Shown in pieces: positions 1 to 15,570 of a stretch of 64,000 nucleotides of DNA. Position numbers and translations under genes: made by a program. The stretch comes from the human T2T-CHM13v2.0 reference genome, Homo sapiens: NCBI RefSeq assembly GCF_009914755.1, contig NC_060944.1; one strand, 5' to 3'. Below the pieces are notes generated by a model. The model had not been told where the DNA came from. It ran no database searches and saw only the letters and a list, made by a program, of their open reading frames with translations. Each line of letters opens with the position of its first letter. Position 1 is the stretch's first letter.

Positions 1-8
1 TCTGCTGA

Positions 9-323
<315 letters not shown>

Positions 324-1096
324 TGAAACTTAGATTGTATCTGTAGAAGGATTGCCTTCTGTGTTTGAGGCCTGTCTGATGGCAAGACTGGGTAATGGGA
401 TTTGGAAAGAGAATACTGGTAAAACTCTCGGGCCATAGAAACGTCCCTATTTAAAAGTTGCACCTTCTCTTGCAACTAAGTTCTGCATACCTTTGGAGAG
501 AGATTAAAATACTTGCTGAAGTTAAGTCAATATTGTCAACTAGATTCTAGGCCTCTTGAAGATGTGCACCGGGTCTCAGTTCTCTCTCCCGACCTCTGTC
601 CACATAGCTCCAGTCTGATGGTCCACAGGCTTAGTGAGTGCATAGTGCTGAGTCTGAAGGACTAAAGTGTCAAGGACAATGCTTGTGCCATGCCGAGAGA
701 GGTGAAAAGAGTTTGCTCCAGTGGCTACTAACCAGAAGCGACTGAGGGCTAATTAACATATATTCGACTTGTGATTCTCGATGTGCATATTATCCATTTT
801 GCGTAGAGATAGAATATTTTAAAATTCTGTGCCTCAGTAAAAGTACTGTTCATCAAACTAATATTCCTCGAGGGTCTGCTTTGTGGCAGACACTGTGCCC
901 CAGACCAAGGACTCAAGGGTTAATAAGATCCCCTCTCACTCCCTGTGCCTGTACCTACTGCCAATGAGATTTGTAGTTTATATGGGAGATAGATATACAC
1001 GTGAACTAAATATACAAAGCCTTACAAAAGATTTACAGCTGTGACAGTATAAGTCTAAGGAGGACTCAAAGGAGGTGGAAGTAATTTCTCCAAGAC

Positions 1097-1596
1097 CTGC
1101 TGTCCTGGGTAATAGAAACATAAGGCTAATCTGTGTGTAATTTGAAACTGTCTAGTAGCCACACAGGTTAAATTGATTTTAATAATTTATTTTGTTGTAT
1201 TTAATATATCCAAAACATTATAATTTCTACATGCAGCCAATATAAAAAATTTTAAGGTATGAAATGTTTTACATTCTTTTTTTCATATCATGTATTCGAA
1301 ACCCAATGAGTTATTTTATACTTACAGCATATCTCAAACTCAGGCCCTGAATGTTTGTCAGAAATACATGGTTTGTATTTAGATTTCATTAAATTCACAG
1401 TTAAAAAGGTAGATTCTCATAACCAAGTTCCAAAGATACTTAAACGTTTTCCAGTAACTGAACTGAACATGAGTTCTAAAATTTAAATTGATTGACACTG
1501 AATGAGATTTGATATTGACTTCCTCGGTTGTACTAGCCAACTTCAAGTGCTCAATAGCCACCTGTGGCTGTTGGCTTTCTTGTTGGACAGTGCGGG
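1097..1596. mobile_element. hAT-Charlie DNA transposon remnant (Charlie5/MER33-like)
   Basis: Characteristic ...tcaagtgctcaatagccacctgtggct...ttggacagtgc terminus; homologous to 34220-34545 and, inverted, to ~44490-44900. Confidence 0.7.
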
Positions 1597-1657
1597 AGTC
1601 GGGAGAGAGAAGGAGGGATACAGGATAGATTACATAAGGCAGGTGACACGGCTGTCA

Positions 1658-2128
<471 letters not shown>

Positions 2129-2934
2129 TCACAGCACTACCTCCCTCAACTTACATGGAACACTGAGACTCATCTGCAAGAGGAGACACAGGCAGTACAG
2201 ATCAATAAGCAATCTGCACTACTTCGCAGAGCATTGCATATTTATGAGCATGGTGAGGAGGTTATATAGGATTTGGGAAGGAGGGACTCCAAACCACAAA
2301 GGTAAATGGTTGGGCCTGCACTGCACATTAAGCTTGCTGTGGTTTTTCTGCTGATGGGACCCATGAATGTAGTTTTCCTCCTTTGGTGGTTTTAATGCTG
2401 AATGTGTAAAACCCTAGGCAGATTGTGTAACATCCCCCAGGCCCAGCTGCTGGTCCTGCCCATTAAAGGGGAACTTCAAGGCCCGATTCCTTGGCTGGCA
2501 GCTGCACTGTGGAGGGCATCCCAGGAGAAGTTGTTGGGAAAGGGTGGTGTTGCTTTGTAAGTCGGTTCAGTTTTTGTAAAGCAAGTCAGGAAGCCCCAGT
2601 GACCTTTTTTGAGCTTATACTGGAGCAATTCCAGTTCCTTTTTTTCTTCCAACTTACCTGTGAAAAGGCAGGGCTGGAATCCTATGTTGGCCAAGCCATT
2701 TCTCCAGGGCTTTGAAGGTGACAGACCCCTGGAGCCTTCCTGTGAGCCCACAGCTGGGCCTGGCAGCCTTTCTGCCCTTTCCAGTAAAGGAATGCAGTAA
2801 ACCTGAGTACAACGCACCCCCTACCCCACCCCGCAAGACTCGCGTTGTCATGCAGTGTGCTTTTTTTAATTTGTGAAGGAATGGTCTGAGTGTACCGTAT
2901 TTACATTCTTGTGTTCACTGATAATGACTTTCAG

Positions 2935-4068
2935 ATTTCTGGAGCTCCCCAGCTGACAGCAAACCCCCGAACCTTCCACCTCCCCATAGGCCTCTTTCCT
3001 CCGACGGTGTCTGTCCTGCCTCCCTGCGTCAGCTCTGCCTTATAAATGGAGTGCATTCTATCAAAACCAGGACGCCTTCAGAGCTGGAGTGCAGCCAGAC
3101 CAACGGGGCCCTGTGCTTTATTAATCCCCTTTTCTTGAAAGTGCACAGCCAGGACCTCAGTGGAGGCCTGAAACGGCCGAGCACAAGGACTCCCAACGCG
3201 AATGGCACGGAGCGGACTCGGTCCCCCCCACCCAGGCCCCCGCCACCCGCTATTAATAGTCTCCACACAAGCCCTCGGCTGGCCAGGACTGAAACCCAGA
3301 CGAGCATGCCAGAAACAGTCAACCATAACAAACATGGGAACGTAGCTCTGCCTGGAACGAAACCAACTCCCATCCCTCCACCCCGGCTGAAGAAGCAGGC
3401 TTCTTTTCTGGAAGCAGAGGGCGGTGCAAAGACCTTGAGCGGCGGCCGGCCGGGCGCAGGCCCGGAGCTGGAGCTGGGCACAGCTGGCAGCCCAGGTGGG
3501 GCCCCGCCTGAGGCCGCCCCGGGGGATTGCACAAGGGCCCCGCCGCCCAGCTCTGAATCACGGCCCCCGTGCCATGGAGGCCGGCAGCGGCTGAGCGACA
3601 TGAGCATTTCTACTTCCTCCTCCGACTCGCTGGAGTTCGACCGGAGCATGCCTCTGTTTGGCTACGAGGCGGACACCAACAGCAGCCTGGAGGACTACGA
3701 GGGGGAAAGTGACCAAGAGACCATGGCGCCCCCCATCAAGTCCAAAAAGAAAAGGAGCAGCTCCTTCGTGCTGCCCAAGCTCGTCAAGTCCCAGCTGCAG
3801 AAGGTGAGCGGGGTGTTCAGCTCCTTCATGACCCCGGAGAAGCGGATGGTCCGCAGGATCGCCGAGCTTTCCCGGGACAAATGCACCTACTTCGGGTGCT
3901 TAGTGCAGGACTACGTGAGCTTCCTGCAGGAGAACAAGGAGTGCCACGTGTCCAGCACCGACATGCTGCAGACCATCCGGCAGTTCATGACCCAGGTCAA
4001 GAACTATTTGTCTCAGAGCTCGGAGCTGGACCCCCCCATCGAGTCGCTGATCCCTGAAGACCAAATAG
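2935..4068 (+). CDS. RIN2: RIN2 large internal coding exon (Pro-rich region and RIN-homology region)
   Basis: Acceptor tttcag|AT at 2934/2935 and donor ATAG|gtaagt at 4068/4069. Open frame (D)FWSSPADSKPP...PPPRPPPP...ELDPPIESLIPEDQI, in frame with ORF 3051..4088; recognised as the Rab5 GEF RIN2. Confidence 0.96.
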
Positions 4069-7000
4069 GTAAGTACCCTCTTTTTTAAAATATAAAATCT
4101 ATTGTAACTCTGTCCGGGCAGTGCAACCTATGTTTGTTATTTTTTATGAAGTTTACTCCGAAGTTCAAAACAACACCCAGCTCCACCTTCTCTCCCGGTT
4201 TGAATGGAAAAATCAGTTTCTCAAAGTAGCTGCTGACTGCCAGACTCAAAAATGTCTTCGGGAGTGACAGATTGGAGCTGCACAGTGATTCTGTTCAGGG
4301 ATGGAGTTTGGTCCTCTGTGGGTCCAGCTGCCGCCTGCTGTGGTAACGTGTGTGTGTTACATGTGCCGGGTGTTTCTGGACGCGTGCTTCTCTGCAGGCT
4401 GTGCATACATACAAAGGTAGTTTTGTTATCTTCTGAGAGGCAGTGGGTATTTTGTTCTGTCTTGGTTGCAAGTAAACTTTTTATTGAGGTGTAGCATATG
4501 TTCAGAGAGCACAAAACTCACGTATGCATTGGAATGAGTTTCCACCGCAAGCTTACCTGTGGGACAACTACCAACCCCTGGATAAGCAGAACCTGACCAG
4601 CATCTAGGGACCCCGGGCCCCCTGTTCTCCCTCAAGGTTACCATCCTGCTGGCTCCTCATCCCATACACTTCTGTAAGCAGCACGGCTTGGGAGTAAGCA
4701 AAAACTGAAAAAGACAAGTTTGTTTTGTGTAACTTTAAAATAAGTAACATAGTTTGGAGGTCACATGAAAGGTGTTTTCTCCAACTTCAAGGGGAAATTC
4801 TTTCTTTATAATCTCATTTAAAGGATGAGTTGCTAATGGTTACTTTGGCCAAGGCAAATTTGAATTTGGCAAGCAGTCTTTTCTTCCAGGGTGAGAATGT
4901 TGAAGGTTCTTTGTTTGTTTGTTTGTTGTTTTTAATTTTAGAAGGTTGACTCTTGAAGGTTAATTTCAGAGACTTTATTCACCAGGCAGCAGGAGCCTTT
5001 GGAGCTACCAAACATTTCCAGGCGGTTCAGAAGCTACACCCCAATTTTTTCTTTCTGATTGGGTCCATTTGTTGAAAGTAGTAAACAGTGTGTGATAGAG
5101 GGCTCTTTCTCTTTCTCTGTCTCTCTCTCTCTCTCCTCTCTTTTTTCTCGTTTAAGTGATTTTCAGCAGCTCTTTGATTTTCTCACAAAGGAATCAAAGC
5201 CTTGTTTGTTTTCTTGTGGTTTGACTGAGGCCAGGCCTGGTTGATCAGGGCGTGGTTAAAGCTGGGGTGTTGCTGGAGTGAGTGGCTAAAGGAATGTGCC
5301 CTTGTGAGGTGCCTTCTAATTGAAAAAGACATCAAGGAGACAGCAGAATATCCACACAGGCTGCCTTTTTCCCCATCCCACCAGAGACCCGCTCTCAAGG
5401 GAGACCATATCTGACTCAGTATTAACAGAAACCCAACCTGCAGGAGAAGCTTCCTCTTAGGGGCTGGGGTCAGAGGGGGGTGCAGCCAGGCAGGGGCTGA
5501 TGTCAGGCCTGAGCTATGTGGCCAGCGGCGCCAACCAGCCCACAGTGCCTGGCCTTCCCTCCCTGCTGATGCTGTAAGAACCAACCCAAGTTAGTCCCGG
5601 GAAGCTCTTCAGCCAGCTCCTTTTGTAGTTAAATTCGGATGTGGTACTTGCTCTTAGAACTCAAGGACTCACTCATTTTCTCCAAAAAACATGCTAAAAT
5701 TATGTATTTCACTACTCTAGAAGGATGCAGCCTTTAATTTAAAATGATTTATGGAGCTTCGAGTATAAGCCCGGCAGCCTGTCCAAGCTATTCCAGTGGG
5801 TCCTCACCTCACCCCTGTGAACAGGCATCGTCATCCCTTAAGGATTGGAGGAAGGCAAGGAGGGCTCTGCCAGGCCATGCCATTTGTCTGACAGCCACAC
5901 TCTCTAGTAAACTAGCAGGTGCGGTATTTGAACTTCCATTGGATCAGAAGCCCACGTTTGCTGAGCTCACTGTTCTGCTGCTGCTGCTTGTGTTTCTATT
6001 TTCTCATCAGTAGTTCAGGGGAATTGTAACTGCAGGGACAACCCTGTGTTGAGGCAGCTCAGACTAAAGCTCTCTGTTGAGTTATGGATATGGCCTCCAC
6101 AAGCATTGCCATGCTTTTTCTGTGGGTTTGTTTGGTTTGGTTTTTTTAAACTTTTGCACTAAAAGCAGTCAGTTCCTCCTGTTTCTTCACCAGTGAAACA
6201 GCATTCTGTTTTGAAAGTATAGTGACAGTGCTAGGCTTTTGAAATAAAGAAGGTGAGTGGGAGCAGAGGTCAACCTGAGAAACTCATCACAAGTCCAGGT
6301 GGAAGGAAAGATGCGACCCTAACTATTAGAAAGCCAGTCCCCATAGAGGTGCACTTTATTAGATTAGGCCTCTGACCAGAACATGGACTTAGCCAGCCCA
6401 CTTGTCTATGTGGGCTTAAAAACTGGTCTATGTCTGCTTTAAAAAAAAAAATCTAGTTCTATCCTCATTTCCTATAGCTTCTGAAGAAGATAGCTCTGAA
6501 CTAGAAGACAGAATTCTAATTTAAAGCCTAGATTTATGGAACAACTTGAAGTCAAGAAGGTAGGAGGAGATAATACACTGGTTTAATCCATGTATGTTAG
6601 AGCAGTCATTCTTAGGTGAAAATGACCCTGTGAATGCATGCACATGTATCCCTTTAGTATATGGAGATACTACTCATCTGTCTTCTTCAGAGGGTGGTTC
6701 TTCAGTTACATAGAGAAAAGCTAATGAGAAAAACAAATAGTTCTCAGTCACTTTCCTTTTGCCCATGTGCTGGTGTCACTATCCTTTCTAGCACTTTCTA
6801 GACAAGTGCAAATGATAAACAGTGAATCAATCTCAAAACCGAAAAACTGCCCCTGTAAATGATTATGTTCTCTCATGGAGAATTTGCATTCTATTTAGAC
6901 TACCCTTTGGAGCACTTCCAACCAAAAGCCCTGCTATGCAGAGGTTCCTGAATACATGTTCATTGCCTGGCACCAGCTTGGCTCTCCTGGTTGGAGAGAC

Positions 7001-8041
7001 ACGGGCTCGTTCCTGTGTGTGCCAGCTCTCTATTCATTCCAGGCCACATACTGGGCTTCCCTCCCAGAGAGCCATCACCTACTCTCACCCTTCCAGAGTG
7101 GTACATGGAAGAACAGACAAATGCTTTAATAAGAAGTGTGCAGTTTGGGGGCCCTACTTAAAGTATTGGGATCAACCTCTTCACGGACAGTGTGCTGCGC
7201 TCATTACTGATGACCCATGCTATAGGATGTAGATGGGGTGAAATCACTTCCTGCTTCAACACACGTTCCTCACTGGTGGGTGTTCACATCCCACCACTCT
7301 TGCTTTAGTCTTTTTCAACCCATGGGGGATATCCAACCAAAGTTTCTGGTAGAGAAATCTTCATTTTGCAGAACTTGTTGCAATGGTGTGGTTAGTGTTT
7401 TCATTTTAGTAAAATGATGTTTATTTCTGACTTGATGTCAGTCTTGGGAAATCCCTCTGTTTTCAAGGCTTGTTTCAAGAAAAACAAAATTTGTCCAAAT
7501 CCAAACATGTTAGTAATCTTAAATTTTCTATTTCATTCAGATACTCTCCACAGACTATCAGCAGTGATACAAAAGAGCCAACTATTCATATTCCTAGAAG
7601 TCAGTAGCAGAAAAGAGACAGTACTGTGCTTATTTAAGTGCTACAAACCAAAATGTATGTTTTCTCCAAAGAGCAATTTAACAATTTGAAGAAAAAGTAC
7701 CCTTAAAGTCAATTTCCACATATTTCAAAGGTCACTTCGATTTACGTATCTGAGTGTTTTTTGTTTGTTAATAGAGAAATGATACGGAAAATGTGGTTAG
7801 ACACCGGAGAGTATAGCGCATATAGAAAAGGTGATTGAAATGATTCCCGGGGAGTTAAACAATCACAACTACTCTGGTTCAGATCTGGGTTTTTTTTGTT
7901 TTTGTTTTTGTTTTCAAATGAGTATTTAAGCTGGCTCTAGCTTCAATATCTAGTGTGACTTGTTTTTAATTTTTCAGGTCACAGTTTGGTTCAAGCCCCT
8001 GAGTTATCTGGGTTATTTTTTAAGATAAAGAGCTATTCTGG

Positions 8042-8347
<306 letters not shown>

Positions 8348-10936
8348 CTCTTCTGAGAGGTGTAGCCAGGGAGGCATGTTAGTGCCAAACAGAGATTAAA
8401 ACCTTGAATCTTCTGACTTCTGATCTAGTACATGTGACCCTATCGCCTGAAGGAACAAATGTCCTTGTAGAGTTAACAAGAGGCAGAGAAAAAGAAGAAA
8501 GATTGTGGTATGCAAAAGGATACCTATATTATTTCCAAAAATTAATTTAAATAGAAGACCACGACAAGAAGCACTTGGTTTTCCCCTGTGGGACATCTTT
8601 TGTTGATTAATTTTTACTTTAGGGCATCAAAATGGGGTCAATTATGTTACATCAACCAAAACAAGGTTGACACCCCTGGAGTTGTGACTCTCTGACCCTG
8701 AGCCCCTGACTCCATGACAGCCTGCACAAGGGGGCTGTTAGCTCAGTAATTCGGAAAGACCTTGCTCACAAGGTGGGTGGCGGATGGCATCACAAAATAA
8801 GTCACACGAAGATGTCTGCTCCAGAGTATTTTTTGACCATATTCCTAGAGTCTTTCTACCTCCCAGGCAGGAAACCTCACCAGGTAAAAGAGGAATTCAT
8901 GTAGGAATTGAGGAATGTCACCCAAAAGACACCTAAAATGCTGCACGAATTGTGTGGCAGCATCAGGCTCTTTAGGGCACACCTATGTTTTTCCACCCCT
9001 CCACTCCAGCCAAAAGGAGGGTTCCCACTGGCTGCCTCTGTGAGGCCAGCACCGCATAGACGCAGCCCTCCCTGGTCCTCAGGTCCTACCCACAGCCTTG
9101 TCTCACTAGCTCAGTCTCTCAACAGGGAACAAATGGTGTAGACACAGCCCCCACTCTCTTCTCGCAGACACAGTATCCACTTTGGAGCTTCTCAGTTATT
9201 GTCCAGGCCCAGGTGAAGTCACAGCCACCTCCTCTGTAGAGTCAAAGCGTATGAATTAAATGCATCCCTGTTTTTAAAAGAGCCAAGTGAGAGCACTGGT
9301 AATCACTCCTCGTGGGCGGCCCTGTGTGGTTTACAAAGCACTTTAATGTATAAGAATCCCTTTTAATCCTCCGAATGCCTTGGGAGGCTCCATTTATTGC
9401 CCTCACTTCTATAGATGAAGAAACCAAAGGCGTAGCAAGGTCAAGCCAAGATGCAAGCGCGACTGACACGGTCCCTTGGCAGGCCTTGTCTATACTTCTG
9501 GTGGCAGGGAATTACCGCTGCCTTCCAGTTGGTTTTATGTGGCGGGAAGGTGACCTCAGAGGTGAAGGCACATCACACCAGAGGGTACTGCTGTCTGCAT
9601 GACTCATCACTGAAATTGTTCTCCCAACCCCCTGACCCAGGCCATGTATGCCAGGTTTCTGCCCTGTAAAATTAAAGATTCCCTTCTTTCCATACTCTGT
9701 TCTTTGGAAGCAAGTCACTTAGCACTGCCCACACTCAAGGGATGGAGTAGAATTAAGCTCCACCTCCCAGAAGCGGGAGGATCTACATAAATTATTTGGA
9801 ATTCTTCCATAAGGGAGATTGGTCTCTTCTTCCCTGCTTTCATTTTTCCTGGCCTTTTACTAAAAGACACTGAAATCAGGCTGATGGATTCCCTACATCA
9901 AATATCACACAGATGTAGCCCATACTTTTGCAGACTAGCTTTCCTTGAAGCCCACCAAAATGAGCAGAAACTGAAGTGGATCAAAGCCCCAGTGCTTGTT
10001 ATCCTTATTTCGGCCCCTTTCCTTGCTGGGCTAATGGGATCTTCCTTAAAATCATACCGTGTCCTTCAGTATTTATTATTTATGAGCCAAAGTGTGCATG
10101 GCCAACAATACTTAAAACCAACCCAGGTTACAGGACATCCCTGCAGAGTGACAGGGTGCCCCACACCTGCCTGCCCCATGCCTGGGCGGTGATTTCATCG
10201 CTAGAGTTACACACCTGTATTCTGCAGGGTAAAGAGAAGAAACATAATTCCATGTCTTCTCCCAAAGGAAGAATTCTCTGTTAAACTTCACACTTTTGGA
10301 GTGTGTGCTGCATGAGGGCCTCATGCTGGGGACTTCAGGTGACACTAGACTGCAGGAACCCCAGTGTGGTTTTCAGAGGGCTTCCCCTCAAAGAGAGAAG
10401 ACTAATTGACTCTATGTCAGGGCGGAGACAACAAAGAAAGCAGCGTGCTTACGAGGTGTCAGATGCATACAATTGCTCCTGGTGGAGACGCCACCCAGTC
10501 CTCCCAGCAACCACCCCGGGAAGCTGTGCGTGGCCCTATTTTACAGATGAGGAAGCTGAGGCTGGGACGGGTCATCTTCTTTGACGGTCAGAAACCAGAA
10601 AGCTACCCATTCAGACTTGGCATCTGACCTGAGTGCCTCTGCAACCCCAGGTGGCCTGCTGTTTTTTTGCGTAGTTTGTAATAGAGGATTAGCAAAATGC
10701 TGTCATGGCGGCCCTGGTGTCATATTTTCAAGATCCTGCCTTCCACCCTCCTCAGCCACCAGCTCTGCTCACATAAGATAGAGAAGTTTCTTGGCTGAAA
10801 GTCAGGGGCGAGTGGTGGCTCAGAGGAAGGGCTCAGGCAGGTTTGAAGCCCTGACTCTGCTGTTCCCGACTTGTGGGTGCTTGGTCATATTTCTTAATAT
10901 CTCTGTGCCTCAGTTGCCTCAAATGTAACACGGTGT

Positions 10937-11369
10937 TGTGGATGCCATTGTGCTGTGCCCACTGACACTTGCTTACCAGTCTGACGTCCAGCTTCCAGCA
11001 CCTGTGACATTTTGCATGAGGCTTTCACCAGAGCTCTGGCCCAGGGTGGGCTAGAAAGCCTGGGGAATTGATGCCCGTCCACCTCCAGGAGCAGCCTCAA
11101 CCAGGGACTGAAGGGAGCATGTGTATCCATAACCCAGCTGCCTCTTCTCCAGGGGGAGCAACTGTAAGGCATGTTCAACGCCACCTCTTGGAGCTCCCCA
11201 GCAGGGCTGAGATCCACCTGCCAGTGGTGATAACTGGCTTAATAAAGCAAACTATATTGGCTGCCTTCTCTCCCCAGTCAGTGCTTCCTGGGATCACTTC
11301 TCAAATTTAACCACTCACACTCAAATCCTTGTCTCAGGATTGGCTTCTGAGAGAATCCAAACTAAGACA
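10937..11369 (+). mobile_element. ERVL-type solo LTR (LTR16-like) inserted into a MIR
   Basis: Ends ...aaatccttgtctcagg...ccaaactaagaca; splits the MIR core cctcagtt...aaatggggat. Confidence 0.55.
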
Positions 11370-12168
11370 AATGGGGATTATGCACCCATTTTAGTCAAAG
11401 AATTGTTTAAATACCTGTAAAGTGCTTAGTAGACATACTGAGCTTTCACTCAATGTTAGTTCTGATCCTTAATCCAATAATACAGCCAAAGGAGAATATG
11501 TTAGCACATAAAAAAAGAAAGCATCAAGTTGTTTTGCCCTTTTTGTACCAAGAGAGGTCTATGTGCCATCTCCTGACTTGTCGGAAATAGAAGTTACCTG
11601 GTTTGCATTTCTTCTCCACCATCTGGGAAAGTCACCTGACTTCCAAGCTTCATGGCCATCTGTAAAATGAATGACAGAATGACAGTAGTCCCAGCGTCGT
11701 AGGGCTGAAGTGAGGGTTAATGAGGTAATACATATAATATTAGAATAGGAAGTGCTCAAATAAATGCCCAATAAATGTTAGCAATTATAAATGTTTACAT
11801 TTTCACAATTTGACTTCCCTACAAAAAAAAGGCCCATATCTTGTTATCAAACATTAGCTTCTATTTCTACTACTTTACCTTTTTAAAAAAAAATCAGAAT
11901 GCTAGAACTAAAATAAGCTAAGAGGTCACATGATCTAAACTCATGGATTTTTAAATTTTAAATATGTTTATGTATTTAGGAAGTACGCATGCAGAATTCT
12001 AACATGCATATGTTGCGTAGTGATGAAGTCTGGGCTTCTGGTATACCCATCACCTGAATAATGAACATTGTAACCCAATAGGTAATTTTTCCACCCTCAC
12101 CTCCCTCCCACCCTAACCTCATGTTGTATCTTTGTCAAGTAACTTTAGGTTGTAACCTGTACATTTTT

Positions 12169-12463
12169 TGTTTATTATTATTATACTTCTAGGGTACATG
12201 TGTGCAACGTGCAGGTTTTTTACATATGTATACATGTGCCGTGTTGGTTTGCTGCACCCATTAACTCATCATTTACATTAGGTATTTCTCCTAATGCTAT
12301 CCCTCCCCCCTCCTCCCACCCAACAACAGGCCCCCATGAAGCTGGAAACCATCATTCTGAGCAAACTATCGCAAGGACCAGAAAACCAAACACTGCATGT
12401 TCTCACTCATAGGTGGGAATTGAACAATGAGAACACTTGGACACAGGGTGGGGGACATCACAC
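12169..12463 (-). mobile_element. 5'-inverted, truncated L1PA insertion with TSD
   Basis: L1 3' end on the minus strand (12169-~12334) joined to the adjacent L1 segment on the plus strand (~12336-12463); TSD ACCTGTACATTTTT at 12155-12168 and 12464-12477. Confidence 0.9.
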
Positions 12464-12479
12464 ACCTGTACATTTTTAA

Positions 12480-13136
<657 letters not shown>

Positions 13137-13788
13137 TTACATGGTTTAGACTCTGGGTGTGGTTAGATTCCCTGGAGAGTATTGATTTTTACTTTGTGTT
13201 GTTTGAACAATCACCAACTCAGTTAGGTTCAGACTGCTGGCTCTGTCTTGCCTTCTGTGGACAATGATTCTGATGGCTGTCCAGACAGTGGCAGTGAGAG
13301 GGGAAGGGACTTGGCCTCCCCACGGCTCCCAGGGCTCTTTCTAACACAAGCAATTTCTCCAGTCTTCAGCTTTGCCTCTCAAAGTCTCACTGCCTTCTGG
13401 CCAGCAGTGGAAATGCAGAAAGTGTACAAACAAAGCCACTGAATTGCTGGTCTTGTGATGTTTCCTTGTCTATCTCCAGCCTCTGGAATCCATGCAGTAG
13501 GTGGTCAGCATGAAGGAAAGGGTCAAGGTTTCTGTCTCTCTTCCTTAATGGAGGAGTGAATCAATTCTTGGAGAAGTAATAAGAGTGAATCACTTCTTGT
13601 CTAGAAGCCAACACATTGAATACTTCCTATAAATTATTACAGTAAGTGACATTTAGTCAAGGAAAAGCCAGCAATTGCTATGGCCTCTACCACTTTCCTC
13701 TTATGGATTATTTTGGGGCCAGTTGATATAATCTTGATAAATATTTTCAGAAAACTTGTTTCCAGTTTTGATCATTTAGAAACATTTA

Positions 13789-14043
<255 letters not shown>

Positions 14044-15082
14044 TTACTCATCTGTAAAGGTTTCAGGTGTTTGTTTTGCACGCGTGCTTGTGGATGAATA
14101 CAGTTGACATTACTCCAAGAACTCAGGAAACATTTTATGAGTTCCAGTCCTGGCTCTCCCTCTTGATAGCTGCATGACAAAGATGTCCTTGGGTTTCAGT
14201 TTCCTCATCTGTGAAATGAAAACATAGTAGGCCTCCCTGGATGGAGTTTGTCTGAGGATTTGAAGATCCAGTGCAGGTAAAGTGGCTAGAATAGTGTCAT
14301 TGTTCTGAGAGTTTAAAAGGTTTTGTTTTTTTGTCCAGGAATTAACGATTAATGCAAAAAGAGATCATAGAAAAAAATGGAGAGTAGTAATTTATGAGAA
14401 ATGTGACCAATTTGTTCTTTCCTCTTTTGTCTGAGGTGGTTCATGTTATGAAAGATCGTCTGTTCCTTGGGCTCCTCAAATCCTTTTTCCTTCTCGCTTT
14501 ATGAGCAGAAGCTTGCTTTTCCTATTGGAGAGAGCCAGCTGGATCGTGGGTCCCTCTTTTCATTTAGGCTCTTGTCCCCTACTCTTTATGTTTATTAAGG
14601 ATTTGGGGAGGGTGGGGAGGAGGAGTGGGATAAACCTCTGAAAAAAAAATGCAGGGACCAGTTTCCTTATTTTTAAATTATGGTCTTTAAAGAAAAATGT
14701 CCTAAAATCTACCACTAGCAATTACTTTTTCATTTTATTTTCAGAAAACGGGCTACTCCCTTGGCAATTGGTCCTAGGTTTCAACCCTCCTAAGAGATTT
14801 CCACAGCCCCTTTTATACCCAAGGGTGGAATTCCCCTCGAAGGCCAGCACCCCTCCCTGGCAGCAAGGATGAGTTGCTCAAGGGAGCCTGTCCAACTTGC
14901 TAGTAACGACTTTTCTGATGTCATCATTCCCCAGAAGCAGCTGCGAGCCTTTTGGGGATGATTTGTATTAACACTCTGGCCCAGAGGTGACCGGGCTCAC
15001 TCTGATGATAACAGTTGCCCGTGGGGTTCAAGGTGAAAATCTCATCCAGGTCTTTAGTTGTTTTCTGTTTTTCTGATTCATA

Positions 15083-15570
15083 TACATTTATTGAGGTTTA
15101 ACTTACATCCATAAAGTGTGTAAATCTTAAGTACTCGGCTCAACAGAATTTTACACACATGCACACCCATGTAGACACAGTCCAGATCCAGATCCAGAAC
15201 ATCTCTAATCCCTGGTGTCCTGTCCTGGCCCAGATCCTCCCCAAGGGGGACTGCCATCATGACTTCTGTCCCACAGGTTAGTTTTGCCTGCTTTTGAACT
15301 TCATATAAACGAAATGCTGTAGGAGATACTCTTGTGTCTGGGTTCTTTCACACAGCCTTGCGTTCATGAGATGCATCCATGTTGTTCTGGAGCAGTAATG
15401 TGAGCTTTTTCATTGAATAAATACATTCCATTGTCTGAATTTCATTGTAGTATTCCATTGAATGAATATATCCAGTGTATTCATTTCTGTCCAAATGGGC
15501 CTTTGGGTTATTTCCAGCTTGGGGCTATTATAAATAACATTACTATGGACATTCATTTACGTTTCTAATT
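15083..15570 (-). mobile_element. Old L1M 3' end remnant
   Basis: tttattgaggt...gcttttgaacttcatataaa...gtattccattg...tttgggttatttccag pattern. Confidence 0.75.

Noticed and set aside
3029-3649. 206-aa antisense ORF overlapping the RIN2 exon
   Set aside because: Shadow of a GC-rich coding exon; no independent splice or promoter signals and no recognisable domain.
15002-15076. TGATGA...CTGA pair at snoRNA-like spacing (possible C/D box snoRNA)
   Set aside because: C box is preceded by C rather than a purine, no terminal stem, no clear C'/D' boxes or guide complementarity.
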